Of a stretch of 64,000 bases of DNA, positions 12,701-21,931 are shown in pieces. The stretch's first letter is position 1, and each line of letters starts with the position of its first letter. The notes below the pieces were generated by a model, which was given only the letters and a program-made list of their open reading frames with translations, did no database searches and was not told the origin of the DNA. The position numbers and the translations under genes were made by a program. Source of the stretch: a candidate division WOR-3 bacterium (lineage in GTDB: Bacteria; Hydrothermota; Tepidihabitantia; Tepidihabitantales; Tepidihabitantaceae); assembly GCA_965649205.1 (NCBI GenBank), contig CBFGJV010000009.1, positions 1 through 64,000 on the forward strand. The letters run 5' to 3'.

Positions 12701-13993
12701 CACATTCTTCACCCGCGCCAGTATCCGCGAGCTAAGCGTATCATCCCCTGGTGTCTGATCAGGCTCCCACCAGACAAAAGCAGTTACATCCAGACTTTCC
12801 CGTGTCTGCGCCACCCAGGGATCAAAACTTATTATCGCATTCCTACCTCCTGGCAGATACTTTACAACCCTGCGACTATCATAGTCAGAACCGATCCTTA
12901 TGAACACATCAAAACTGTCCGCCGTCTTAGGACCCCGATTGGCAACCACCACCTTCGGCACTACAGTCGCGCCACTGTCCACCTCCCTGGCAGGAGCAAG
13001 GATTTCCGTAACCGCCAGATTTTGATATTCCACCGAAGGCAACTGACCCCAAGTAAACCCGCAAGATATCTTCTGCAGTGTATTGTAGTAACTGCTGGTC
13101 ATGCAGAACACATACACGCTGTCGGTAGGTACAATATTCCTGGGCACCCACATCGCCCAGTCGGCCGGTGCTGAAGGCGTTGATACTTGTTGGAGAAGAT
13201 AGCCGTCTTCTCTGCGTTTACGGTATGCATCAGCATTCCAGCCGCAAGTCAGAATGTAAAGGCTATCATACGGGATTAGTGCGCACCCACGTTCAGAAAC
13301 AAGGTCGCCATATTGCACGCGACCCAAGTTGGTCTTTGTGTAGGGATCAAACTTACATACGTAGTTGTTAACAGAAGGACTGGGTGCTACCGGAGCGATG
13401 CAGAAGAAACCCCGGTCGATCCATTTTTCCATTCCTGCGCCCCAGTACATCTGCAGTCCTCCGCCTCCACTTCCGTCTCCGATGCGCCAAGAATCGCGCG
13501 GGGTACCGTACCAGGCTCCCTGCGGGCTGAGACGCAGAAGGTAACAACCTCCATAGGTGTTTCCATCAACCACCTGGGTGATCCAGAAACACGATGAATC
13601 ATCATCCCAGGCTATGCCCCACGTAACATCCGGAGTACTGCTGCCCAGATTGGGAAACACCCAATTTTCATCCCTGATCGTACCAACTGGGTCCTGCGGC
13701 TCAAAGCTCCACACTTTCCGCCCCTGATCCATCAGAAAAAACCTACCCAGAGAACGTACCCAGGTGATACCAGACCCAGCATACGTCTTACTCATCGCCA
13801 AGTTCCACTGCTGTACAACCGTACCAAACGGTCCTGCATCCGGATTTGCTACCGGCACCTCCACGCACAGTGGTGCGTTCGGATCAGAAGGAATCTGTTC
13901 GGCCTCAGGATTAGAAGTGAACCAGACGCCAGCCTCTGCCCCAACTGCCAGCGCCACAATCGAAAGAAAGGAAACTAACAACTTACCAAACAT
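9788..13993 (-). CDS. Large secreted multidomain protein (~1401 aa), full-length tandem paralogue of 5385-9623
   Basis: Start moved to ATG 13993 (GGGAGG RBS; signal peptide MFGKLLVSFLSIVALAVGA). Collinear with its neighbour, with shared strings such as DPNAPLCVEVPV, ENWVFPN, PYDSLYILTCGWNA and NTLQKISCGFTWGQLPSV. The CTD ends GVYLARL...QKLVVQK. Confidence 0.85.
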   Translation of the reverse strand: MFGKLLVSFLSIVALAVGAEAGVWFTSNPEAEQIPSDPNAPLCVEVPVANPDAGPFGTVVQQWNLAMSKTYAGSGITWVRSLGRFFLMDQGRKVWSFEPQDPVGTIRDENWVFPNLGSSTPDVTWGIAWDDDSSCFWITQVVDGNTYGGCYLLRLSPQGAWYGTPRDSWRIGDGSGGGGLQMYWGAGMEKWIDRGFFCIAPVAPSPSVNNYVCKFDPYTKTNLGRVQYGDLVSERGCALIPYDSLYILTCGWNADAYRKRREDGYLLQQVSTPSAPADWAMWVPRNIVPTDSVYVFCMTSSYYNTLQKISCGFTWGQLPSVEYQNLAVTEILAPAREVDSGATVVPKVVVANRGPKTADSFDVFIRIGSDYDSRRVVKYLPGGRNAIISFDPWVAQTRESLDVTAFVWWEPDQTPGDDTLSSRILARVKNVAVTEIIAPTDTLDSAAVVIPLCRVQNRGNLPETFEVKFKIGLYENTVTVTGLDPGSFRLVQAGEPYQAKSGTWLHRLEAILEGDLLPDNNTMLDTFWVRGTPTTDVAAEAILSPAGRIRPGIRVRPSARVANYGGKRENFSVFFSVWDTVTDRLVYHREVGVSLGAGGAVTTVNFPETSFAVSGTHISRCSVYAAGDGNMTNDVVWGQFRIDPTVYQHNVMVQAITAPVGSMDSASTVVPTVLVTNTGLSSETFTAHFVGPGYSATLDVYDLPAESTRTLRFPVWHVASPRGSQIVKAWTYLIGDQYRADDTSTIQVNVRVRDVGAVSIVHPVDTVPDGITLRPRCMVQNFGTNSVNFDVEFRIGVWVDTATVSLLEPGQSTVVEMKKLYSTNPGMWLSTARTLLADDKVPANNVCYDTFWVPGVIRHDVAVEQVLAPADTVDTLTNVVPKARVANYSPTTETWRVFFKVYDTQGGVVYSESLLGVSLPSQTSKVLEFPQTRFPVAGTYVGRCSSHLVTDQNWTNNVAAREFYVVTAGGWEKGMKEVSSVPLGSGRQVKDGGFIVADLAGRIFVGKGYKTGEFYLYSAGANRWTPLCSIPWYNMTDTKAKLPGKGAAAVCDGLNKIYLVMGNNTLGFLEYDISANSWKFLQDVPLGNRGSRVKGGTAAEYVGKGDTGYVYVIKGGTNEFYRYNIQAKRWDTMPPAPYSTSPKYPAGSWLRQVPSGVTPLWYMYVHQAKYNSEGRHSLFSYDLLADTWTRVSLRGMPLAGMQGGSFRAKKSGDGGGAVVYAGNIYAIKGGNTQGFYRYSPGMDDWTELDTIPRSGSGGKKCVKGGGGITVHPAGAFFILKGNKTSELWRYVERTVSTQIPVCQEGMQTDKLAVPCAPKLQISPNPLARGFVTARISAQGRMSSRGLRLRLFDAGGRCFLSRQLDKGESAVTLDLRGIPGGVYLARLDHDRGTLVQKLVVQK

Positions 13994-14098
13994 ACACGCC
14001 TCCCGCAGTTGTTCGGGCTGCCTCCGCAACATTCTTTTGTACGATGTGCTATCGGCACCGTAACGTACGCCATACGCGCAGCACATCTTGCCAGATTT

Positions 14099-14210
14099 AT
14101 TGTAAGCCTCTGGTGTGTATGTGTCAATGCACCTTCCAGACAAACCACATATTGCGCAATCGTGCCCTTCTTTCCTGCAAAATTGACACCTGCGTTTAGC
14201 GTCCTAAGAT
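14099..14210. promoter_or_regulatory. Divergent promoter pair
   Basis: Minus strand: TTGACA (14127-14122)-17-TACAAT (14104-14099). Plus strand: TTGACA (14183-14188)-16-TAAGAT (14205-14210). Confidence 0.7.
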
Positions 14211-14256
14211 TACCGTGTTTGTGTACCATAGCAGGGAAACTACAGGAGAAGAATTG

Positions 14257-16950
14257 ATGAACAACTATACGAAAACACTTCTGATGAGCATCGTTCTTTT
14301 CTCTTCCGCCTTTGCGGAACCGCATATGCCCAGGCCAATCGCAACTGCCAGTAACGGTGAGAAATATCTGGCCGGCCAGCTTATAGTGAAGCTGAAACCG
14401 TCACTGCGGAGCAGCCTGAAAGTATCCACAGAAACCGGACTCGCCCGGTTCAATATCCCGCCTCTGGACGAACTGAATAGACGTTTTCAAGTTGAACGCA
14501 TCTACCGACCGTATCGGCGGCCCGAACCAGATTCGCTTGCTCTCCGCTACGGCTGTGACCTACAGTTCTGCCTGGAGTTTTCTCCAGACGTGGATGTGTT
14601 CATAGCTGCTCGTGCCTATATGGAAACCGACCTCATACAGTACGCTGAGCCTAACTGGCTTCTGCAAAGCTGCGAGATTCCCAACGACACTCTGTATCCG
14701 CTCCAATGGTATCTTGCCCGCATCGGCGCGCCTTTTGCCTGGAATATTGCTCGCGGAGACTCAAACGTGCTGATTGCGGTACTGGACGACGCCTGTGAAT
14801 GGCATCATCCTGACATCACAGCCAATCTGTGGGTAAATACCGCCGAGGACCTCAACGGCAATGGACGGTTTGACTCTCTGCCCGCACCTGAAGGCGACCT
14901 GGACTCAATTGATCAGGATAATAACGGTTACGCGGACGATGTTATTGGCTATAACCTGTTCTGGTCCCGGCCCAACCCCGCACCAGTAAGACCAGAAGAT
15001 GACCACGGTACTCATTGCTGGGGTATAGCCAACGCCGTAACGAACAATGTTGCCGGGGTGGCCGGTGTACCCTGGAACTGCCGTGGTTTTGCTTTTTCCT
15101 GCGGAAGCTACGGACTGATGAGCCAGCTGGCTGTCGCCTCAGGCATCTACTATGCAATTGACAAAGGTGCTTGGGTGATTTCCATGAGTTTTGGCTCCTA
15201 CGGCACATCCCAGTTGCTGGCCGAAGCCTGCTCTTTGGCCTGGGACGCAGGACTGGTTCTGGTGGGAGGAGCAGGTAACGACGGCCGCAACCAACCTTTC
15301 TACCCGGCAAATTACCCTAACGTACTCTCGGTGGCTGCGTCCGATCACTCGGACCGCCGAGCCTACTGGTCCAACTACGGCGAATGGATAGAGCTTTCTT
15401 CTCCAGGCACAAGTATATACTCCACGGTCACAAATCACGGCTACGGAAGCAAGGACGGTACCTCTATGGCCACACCTGTAGTGGCCGGCGCTCTGGCCTG
15501 GACCAAATCTGCCTTTCCCGAACTAACCAATGCGCAGGCGTGCAGTCTGCTTCTTTCCGCCTGCGAGCCAATGCCCGACAGTCTATACCGACTCGGACTT
15601 CTTGGCGCCGGAAGACTTTCCATCGGTCGTATCGTGCTGCCACGCTACTATTGCGATCTTACTCTGACAGGGGTCAGGTTCAACGACTCTCAGGGCAACG
15701 GTAATAGCAGGCCTGATCCAGGAGAGACCCTCGCGGTAATTGTCACCTACCGTAACAGCGCCGGCTGGCAGAATGCCACTAACGTAGCCGCTTATTTGGG
15801 TTGTATGCAGCGGGAAGTACAGCTGCTCAAACCCCAAGCGTCGTTTCCTGACATTCCAGCCGGTTCAGCTGCTAACTGCTCCCAAGACTCCTTTGTTGTA
15901 GCAATTCCTGCCACTTTGCCCCCCCAACGTCTCAGCTTCCGCATTTCTGTAACTGCCAATCCGGAACCCGCTTACCCGGACACGGGCTTTATGGCTGTGT
16001 GCGGCTCAGCCCGGGTGCTGATTGTTGACGATGATGAGGGTGCCGATTACGAGAAATGGTACACCTCTGCCTTTGATTCCTGCAAAGTGTTATACGACCT
16101 CTACTCTGTGCGCACCTCCGGTTCGCCCTCGGCTGATACCCTGAGACACTATCCGGTGGTAGTATGGTTCTGTGGCAATGACTCTGTGACCACTTTGACG
16201 GCAGCAGACCGTGCCGCTCTGGCCAGCTACTTAGACCAGGGTGGAAATTTGATTATTTCCGGCCAGAACATAGCTCAGAACCTTAAGGACGAACCCTTCC
16301 TTTCCACCTATCTGCGGGTCACTCTGGCTGACTCTTCTACTGGCAAACCCTACTTACCTGGTATCCCTGCCGACCCCATAACCCGCGGAGACACGATGGT
16401 AGCCGGCGGCGGAGGTGGAGCGAACAACGGCCGTTCTCTGGACGGGGTGAGACCCGTAAATGGAAGTATAGGCTGCGCCCGGTTCCGTGACTACCCGGAT
16501 ACCACGGTGATGGCCTTGGTCCGTTATGCCGGCACCTATAGGCTCGTGTTTTTCTCCATTCCTTTTGAAGCTATTGACCATGCTCCCTCCCGCTATGTAC
16601 AACGATGGACCCTCTGCCGCAGAATCCTGGAATGGCTAGGTGAAAGACTTCCCGGTGTAGCCGAAGAAAACCCGTCCTCCCCCAGCCAACGACCTTACGT
16701 ACTACGCATCACACCTAATCCATTCACACAAAAAGCTCAGGTGAGTTTCTTCGCCCCGCTTTCCGGTCCCTGCGAAATACGCCTCTACTCGCTGGACGGC
16801 AGGCTGCTCCAGAGCCATTCCCGCCACGCAATCCTGGCCGAACCTGTCAACTTCAACCTGGATGGCACCCGTCTTACCAGTGGCATCTACCTGGTTCAAC
16901 TAGTAACACCAGAAGGTGTTTACGCCCAGAAGGCAGCCGTACTGCGCTGA
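14257..16950 (+). CDS. Secreted S8 (subtilisin-like) serine peptidase with propeptide, Ig-like and alpha/beta domains and a T9SS-like CTD
   Basis: Triad motifs IAVLDD (Asp), DDHGTHCWG (His), GTSMATPVVAG (Ser); oxyanion GAGND. Start ATG 14257 follows AGGAG. CTD PNPF...YSLDGR...SGIYLV...QKAAVLR. Confidence 0.93.
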   Translation: MNNYTKTLLMSIVLFSSAFAEPHMPRPIATASNGEKYLAGQLIVKLKPSLRSSLKVSTETGLARFNIPPLDELNRRFQVERIYRPYRRPEPDSLALRYGCDLQFCLEFSPDVDVFIAARAYMETDLIQYAEPNWLLQSCEIPNDTLYPLQWYLARIGAPFAWNIARGDSNVLIAVLDDACEWHHPDITANLWVNTAEDLNGNGRFDSLPAPEGDLDSIDQDNNGYADDVIGYNLFWSRPNPAPVRPEDDHGTHCWGIANAVTNNVAGVAGVPWNCRGFAFSCGSYGLMSQLAVASGIYYAIDKGAWVISMSFGSYGTSQLLAEACSLAWDAGLVLVGGAGNDGRNQPFYPANYPNVLSVAASDHSDRRAYWSNYGEWIELSSPGTSIYSTVTNHGYGSKDGTSMATPVVAGALAWTKSAFPELTNAQACSLLLSACEPMPDSLYRLGLLGAGRLSIGRIVLPRYYCDLTLTGVRFNDSQGNGNSRPDPGETLAVIVTYRNSAGWQNATNVAAYLGCMQREVQLLKPQASFPDIPAGSAANCSQDSFVVAIPATLPPQRLSFRISVTANPEPAYPDTGFMAVCGSARVLIVDDDEGADYEKWYTSAFDSCKVLYDLYSVRTSGSPSADTLRHYPVVVWFCGNDSVTTLTAADRAALASYLDQGGNLIISGQNIAQNLKDEPFLSTYLRVTLADSSTGKPYLPGIPADPITRGDTMVAGGGGGANNGRSLDGVRPVNGSIGCARFRDYPDTTVMALVRYAGTYRLVFFSIPFEAIDHAPSRYVQRWTLCRRILEWLGERLPGVAEENPSSPSQRPYVLRITPNPFTQKAQVSFFAPLSGPCEIRLYSLDGRLLQSHSRHAILAEPVNFNLDGTRLTSGIYLVQLVTPEGVYAQKAAVLR

Positions 16951-16972
16951 TTACAAGAAGTCGGGCTGACCA

Positions 16973-17701
16973 CTAACGGCCCAGACTGAGCCGGCTGACC
17001 AGAAACTCTGGCAGCCCAGCCTTACGCATCTTGTTCTGCACCGCAGGTATATCATATTCTACGCGGTGCAGACTCAATACCCCCGTCTCCTCATCGTAAA
17101 GAAGACAACAGGCACGCGGGTCTCCATCTCTGGGCTGGCCTACGCTTCCGGCATTAACTACATACTTACCGTCTTCTGCCAGTCTAACAGAATCACCGGC
17201 AACCAGAGTGGCATGACCAGAAGGGCGACGCTCTACAATAAAAGGATAATGAGAGTGTCCCACCACGCAGCAACGACACGCAAAGCTGTTCATTTCTAGC
17301 TCTGCCTGCCCGACGCTGAGAATATAAGGCCACAGATCAGGCGCAGAAGGGGCTGCATGCACCAGAAACAGTTGTCCCAGCTCTACCGTCAAAGGCAAGG
17401 CCTGCAAATAATCAGTGTGTTCTTCCTGCAACTGTGCTCTGGTCCAGTTCAAAGCCGCCCGGGCTGCGGCATTGAACTCACACATAGGTAGCCTGCCCAA
17501 GACTCCGTAATCGTGATTACCAGCCACAACGACCGCATCCAGCCTGCGAATACGCTCAATGCAGGCAACCGGGTCAGGCCCGTATCCCACCAAATCTCCG
17601 CAACAGGCAAAACTGTTCGCTCCTTGTCTTTCCAGATAGGAAACTACTGCATCTAACGCTTCAAGATTGGCGTGTACATCGGAAAAAATTCCTACCTTCA
17701 C
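16973..17701 (-). CDS. Calcineurin-like metallophosphoesterase
   Basis: Motifs SDVHAN, GDLVGYG, GNHD, GHSH and NAGSVGQPRDGDPRA. Confidence 0.9.
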   Translation of the reverse strand: MKVGIFSDVHANLEALDAVVSYLERQGANSFACCGDLVGYGPDPVACIERIRRLDAVVVAGNHDYGVLGRLPMCEFNAAARAALNWTRAQLQEEHTDYLQALPLTVELGQLFLVHAAPSAPDLWPYILSVGQAELEMNSFACRCCVVGHSHYPFIVERRPSGHATLVAGDSVRLAEDGKYVVNAGSVGQPRDGDPRACCLLYDEETGVLSLHRVEYDIPAVQNKMRKAGLPEFLVSRLSLGR

Positions 17702-17776
17702 AGATAGTTCAAAGCCTTCTGCAAAATCCGGGCACTGGTCTTGCTCGGTACATACGTTCTGCTGTCAGATTCTCTC

Positions 17777-18190
17777 TCATTTCTGGCTCTGTATTTCCCT
17801 ATAGACTGCGTCCAGCACCCCATTCACAAACCGACCGGAGCCATCGTCGCCAAACTTCCGAGAAATATCCACCGCTTCGTTGATGGACACTTTGGGAGGA
17901 ACGTCATCAAAATAAAGCATCTCTGCACAGGCTATCCTCAGCACCGCCCGGTCCAGCACATGCAACCTCTCTAGGCGCCACTTGTGCAAATGTCTCCGCA
18001 GGATTCCGTCTATCTCCTGCCGACGGTCTAGAACTGTCTGCACCAGCCGGCGCAGATAAGCTTCCGCCTCATCCGAAGGATTGCGACGGGCCAGTATCTC
18101 CTCAATAGTTTCTTCCGGCTCATCCTTCACCAGGTCCAGACGATATAAAACCTCCAGAGCCGCTTCTCTAGCCAGCCGACGTTGCGTCAT
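17777..18190 (-). CDS. nusB: Transcription antitermination factor NusB
   Basis: RRLAREAAL...W.LERL..LDRAVLR...PPKVSINEAVD..KFG....RFVNGVLD; follows ribH. Confidence 0.96.
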   Translation of the reverse strand: MTQRRLAREAALEVLYRLDLVKDEPEETIEEILARRNPSDEAEAYLRRLVQTVLDRRQEIDGILRRHLHKWRLERLHVLDRAVLRIACAEMLYFDDVPPKVSINEAVDISRKFGDDGSGRFVNGVLDAVYREIQSQK

Positions 18191-18225
18191 CTCGCAAGAC
18201 GTTCTCGCCCGTTAGGTAATCTATT

Positions 18226-18693
18226 TCACCCCAGCTTCTGTCTCTCCAAATCGGCCAGCTCTATGGCAGTCAGGGCTGCCGTCCAGCCCTTGTTGCCGGC
18301 CTTTGCTCCAGCTCTTTCCAGCGCCTGCTCCAGTGTATCGGCAGTAATAATACCGAAAACAGCAGGAACGCCAGTCTGAAAATACACGTTACCCAGGCTG
18401 CGTGCCACGGCCGAAGAAATATACTCAGCGTGCGGCGTATCCCCCCGTATCACCGCCCCCAGAGCAACGATGGCATCGTACTTTCCACTCTTGGCCAAAC
18501 GCAAAGCCGCAGCCGGAATCTCATAGGCACCCGGCACCCAGACCACGTCCGCAGCCGCAGCGTCGTGCCGCTCCAGACAGTCTTTTGCGCCCTCCAGCAG
18601 TTGTTTCGAGACCAGCTCGTTGAAACGAGATACCACCAGTGCAAACTTCCTGCCTGAGGCGACCAGCTTACCTTTGTATTCTCTAATCTCCAT
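18226..18693 (-). CDS. ribH: 6,7-dimethyl-8-ribityllumazine synthase
   Basis: SRFNELV, VPGAYEIP, LGAVIRGDTPH, QALERAG.KAGNKG. Confidence 0.97.
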   Translation of the reverse strand: MEIREYKGKLVASGRKFALVVSRFNELVSKQLLEGAKDCLERHDAAAADVVWVPGAYEIPAAALRLAKSGKYDAIVALGAVIRGDTPHAEYISSAVARSLGNVYFQTGVPAVFGIITADTLEQALERAGAKAGNKGWTAALTAIELADLERQKLG

Positions 18694-20053
18694 CTTTGAC
18701 TCCTTTCTCTATGTCTCCCAAAAGATGACCAAGCCTGTCTCTTTTGGTGATAAGGTACTTCAAATTGCGGCGATTCGGCCGACAGATAATAGGTGCCCTC
18801 TCCACAATCTCCAATCCGAACCCGCGCAGTCCCACCACCTTGCGAGGATTGTTGGTCAGAAGCCTGATGCTGGACAGCCCCAAGTCCGCCAGTATCTGCG
18901 CTCCGATTCCGTAATCGCGCAGGTCCGGAGCAAATCCCAGTGCCACATTCGCCTGCACAGTATCCAGTCCTTTATCCTGCAGCGCGTAGGCACGCAGCTT
19001 ATTGGTAATGCCAATTCCCCGTCCCTCCTGTCGCATATAGAGCAGAACCCCTCTACCTTCCTTGTTTATCATCTGCATCGCCTTGGCCAACTGCTGCCCG
19101 CAATCGCAACGTAGAGAATGCAACACATCACCGGTAAGACACTGCGAATGCACCCGCACCAGCACTCTTTTCTTGCCCCGTACCTCGCCTTTGACCAAAG
19201 CCAGGTGCGCGTAAGGTTCCACCGCATCCTCATACACGTGCACCGTGAACTGGCCGAAACGCGTCGGCAGTGTCGTTTCTACCACCTTTCTGACCATCTT
19301 TTCCCGGGCCCGCCTGTAGGCGATAAGGTCTTTTATGGTGACTATCTTCAGCCTGAATTTTCGGGCCAGGCGGGACAATTCTGGCAGCCGAGCCATCTTC
19401 CCGTCATCAGCCATAACTTCACACAGCACCGCGACCGGTCTTAGGCCAGCCAACCGGACCAAATCCACGGACGCCTCGGTATGTCCGGCCCTCACCAGCA
19501 CCCCCCCTTCCTGCGCAACAATGGGAAACACATGCCCGGGCCGTGCCAAATCTTCCGGTCTTGTCTTGGGATTCACCAGCGCCTTTATGGTCAATGCCCG
19601 GTCGTGAGCAGAAATACCTGTGGTAGTACCCTTGATTGCATCCACAGACACGGTAAAAGCTGTTCCGTGCAAAGCCGTATTCGACTGAACCTGAGCAGTA
19701 AGCTCCAATGCCGCCGCTCTTTCCGCCGTGAGAGCTACGCAGATTAGCCCACGGCCGTAGCGAGCCAGAAAATTCACTTTCTCCGCCGTCACCTTCTCTG
19801 CAGCCAATATCAAATCGCCTTCATTCTCCCGCTCCTCATCATCCACTACAATTATCATTCGTCCTCGGCGCAAATCCTCCAGCGCATCCTCGATACGGGC
19901 AAAACCGGCCCTAGGCGAAAGTTTCGCAGCAGTTGCAACCGCAACTGGAGTTTTCTTCCTGCTTTCTTCCTTCTCTCTTCCCTGCCTAACCTTTTGTTCT
20001 GTCTCCTGTCGCTCCAAAATCTTGGCTTGTCCTCTTTCCGTTTTCTGGGTCAT
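18683..20053 (-). CDS. ribBA: Bifunctional DHBP synthase / GTP cyclohydrolase II
   Basis: [52 protein letters not shown]. Start ATG 20053 overlaps the upstream stop (ATGA). Confidence 0.96.
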   Translation of the reverse strand: MTQKTERGQAKILERQETEQKVRQGREKEESRKKTPVAVATAAKLSPRAGFARIEDALEDLRRGRMIIVVDDEERENEGDLILAAEKVTAEKVNFLARYGRGLICVALTAERAAALELTAQVQSNTALHGTAFTVSVDAIKGTTTGISAHDRALTIKALVNPKTRPEDLARPGHVFPIVAQEGGVLVRAGHTEASVDLVRLAGLRPVAVLCEVMADDGKMARLPELSRLARKFRLKIVTIKDLIAYRRAREKMVRKVVETTLPTRFGQFTVHVYEDAVEPYAHLALVKGEVRGKKRVLVRVHSQCLTGDVLHSLRCDCGQQLAKAMQMINKEGRGVLLYMRQEGRGIGITNKLRAYALQDKGLDTVQANVALGFAPDLRDYGIGAQILADLGLSSIRLLTNNPRKVVGLRGFGLEIVERAPIICRPNRRNLKYLITKRDRLGHLLGDIEKGVKDGD

Positions 20054-21084
20054 ACTTTCACTTTCAGAGTTTTTTCGTACCAATCTTGATAAAAACGTCT
20101 GTACGCCTGCCTTCTTCTAATCTTCTGCCACCAGAGACGATTCTCGCTATACCAGGACAACGTCAGCTGCAGCCCCGGCTCAAAAGACGTGGAAGCCTGC
20201 CAACCCAGAACATCTTTTGCTTTCCTCGTGTCACACACCAGTCTTTCCACATGGCCAGGCCGATCCTGAATATGCTTTATGAGGAAATCCTCAGACTTGC
20301 CCAGATAGGCCAGTATCGCCCGGGCAATTTCCAGAACACTTTTCTCTTCTCCCGAACCGATGTTGAACACCTGCCCCACAACTTTACTTTCCGGTGCCAG
20401 CAGTACTAATTCCAGCAGTCGACACAGGTCTGCTACATAAGTCCAGTCACGGGTATTCTTGCCCGACCCGTAGACGAATAACGGTCGCCCCTCCAGAGCT
20501 TGCGTAAAGAAGAAAGGAATCAGCTTCTCCGGATACTGATTAGGCCCATAGGCATTGAACGGACGCAGAATAACTACGGGCAGTTCATAGGTACAACAGT
20601 AAGCGCGACAAAGCCTGTCAGCACCAGCCTTGGTAGCCGCATAGGGACTCTGCGGTTCCAGCGGGTGAAACTCGTCCATGGGCACTTTCTTTGCCGATCC
20701 GTACACCTCGCAAGTAGAAATGTGAACAAACCGGTCGGAAGGGTTGCGCCTAAACTCGTCCAGCAGTATGTAGGTTCCCACAAAGTCCGTGTGCACAAAT
20801 CTGTCCCCGGCGGCTATGGAACGGTCGATGTGAGTCTCAGCCACCAGATTTACCACCGCATCACAACCCCGCAGTGCTTTTCTCACCGCCGCCCTGTCAC
20901 ACACATCTGCCCGCACAAACTCAAAGCGCGGATCCTTCCAAAAAGAGGAAGGAAAGTTGTCCAGGTTACCGGCATAAGTGAGTTTATCCAGAACCCGTAC
21001 TCTATACTCGGGTCGGCGCAGTAGATACCGCACAAAGTTGGAGCCTATAAAGCCGGCCCCCCCGGTAACCAAAACGCGCAGCAC
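20050..21084 (-). CDS. rmlB: dTDP-glucose 4,6-dehydratase (extended SDR)
   Basis: [51 protein letters not shown]. The GTG start at 21084 abuts the upstream stop. Confidence 0.9.
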   Translation of the reverse strand: MLRVLVTGGAGFIGSNFVRYLLRRPEYRVRVLDKLTYAGNLDNFPSSFWKDPRFEFVRADVCDRAAVRKALRGCDAVVNLVAETHIDRSIAAGDRFVHTDFVGTYILLDEFRRNPSDRFVHISTCEVYGSAKKVPMDEFHPLEPQSPYAATKAGADRLCRAYCCTYELPVVILRPFNAYGPNQYPEKLIPFFFTQALEGRPLFVYGSGKNTRDWTYVADLCRLLELVLLAPESKVVGQVFNIGSGEEKSVLEIARAILAYLGKSEDFLIKHIQDRPGHVERLVCDTRKAKDVLGWQASTSFEPGLQLTLSWYSENRLWWQKIRRRQAYRRFYQDWYEKTLKVKV

Positions 21085-21539
21085 TATTTCACCTTCAATT
21101 TCCAGTCGTAGGGAATAGCCGGGTCGTTCCACGGCCGACGAAACTCATCCGGCTCAGAATGATTATATGGCTCAGTCGGACAGTTTATCATATATGCCGA
21201 CTCCGTACCGATTCCCTTGACTCCGTGGAGAACCAGAGGAGGAATTTTTACCAAAAGCGGGTTCTGCTCGCCGATAAAGAACTCTTGTATCTTTCCCCGA
21301 CTGGGGGAGTCAGCCCGGTCATCATATAACACTACTTTGGCCATACCCTTTATTATGCACAAGTGGTCTGTTTGCCTTTTGTGAAAATGCCAGCCCTTGA
21401 CCACACCCGGATATACCGTGGACAGATAAACCTGACCAAATTTCTCGAACAACTCGTCATCTGCGCGCAGAATTTCCATCACTGCGCCCCGCTCGTCCGG
21501 AATAAACTTCAGCCGTTTTATGCGTACACCTTCAATCAT
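21084..21539 (-). CDS. rmlC: dTDP-4-dehydrorhamnose 3,5-epimerase family cupin
   Basis: DERG, PGVVKGWHFH, IPP.VLHG, WNDPAI..DW; adjacent to rmlB. Confidence 0.85.
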   Translation of the reverse strand: MIEGVRIKRLKFIPDERGAVMEILRADDELFEKFGQVYLSTVYPGVVKGWHFHKRQTDHLCIIKGMAKVVLYDDRADSPSRGKIQEFFIGEQNPLLVKIPPLVLHGVKGIGTESAYMINCPTEPYNHSEPDEFRRPWNDPAIPYDWKLKVK

Positions 21540-21546
21540 GGCCCTT

Positions 21547-21575
21547 AGAGTAACTCAGAGCTCGCCTTTGGTCAA
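21547..21575 (-). promoter_or_regulatory. Sigma70-type promoter, probably leaderless rmlC transcript
   Basis: TTGACC-17-TACTCT; the ATG lies 7 nt beyond the -10 hexamer. Confidence 0.55.
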
Positions 21576-21742
21576 CCTCGGCTCTGACCCTCGCCTTGCG
21601 GACATACGAACTACTCGGTTTCCCGCAAGTTTTGTCTTCGCCAACTACCTGGCTTGACAAGCAACAAAGAATGTGTATTACAAATGCGGTGTAGTAGAAG
21701 TAGATAAAAAATCAGGAACAAGAATAAAGAACTGGAGGTAAC

Positions 21743-21931
21743 GTGAAAGTAAGCATAGACCCGGAATCGTGCACGGGCTGCGAAATGTGCGTAAGCACTT
21801 GCCCGGATTTGTTCGAGATGGGCGACGAAACCGCTAAAGTCAAAGTAGAAATAGTCCCTGAGGGCGCCGAAGACTGTGCCCGTCAGGCCGCGGAGGATTG
21901 CCCGGTCTCTGCTATCAAAATAGAAGACTAA
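21743..21931 (+). CDS. Single-cluster [4Fe-4S] ferredoxin
   Basis: CTGCEMCVSTCP...CPVSAI, 62 aa, acidic; GGAGG RBS before GTG. Confidence 0.92.
   Translation: MKVSIDPESCTGCEMCVSTCPDLFEMGDETAKVKVEIVPEGAEDCARQAAEDCPVSAIKIED

Noticed and set aside
5385..13993. Diversity-generating retroelement or recent duplication behind the paralogous giants
   Set aside because: No reverse transcriptase and no near-identical repeat differing only at adenines; the paralogues have diverged throughout.
9624..14256. Longer ORF-track starts (9668, 14143, 14215; likewise 21132, 24846, 35218, 49759, 57400)
   Set aside because: Downstream starts have RBSs, signal peptides, stop/start coupling or promoters lying inside the extension.
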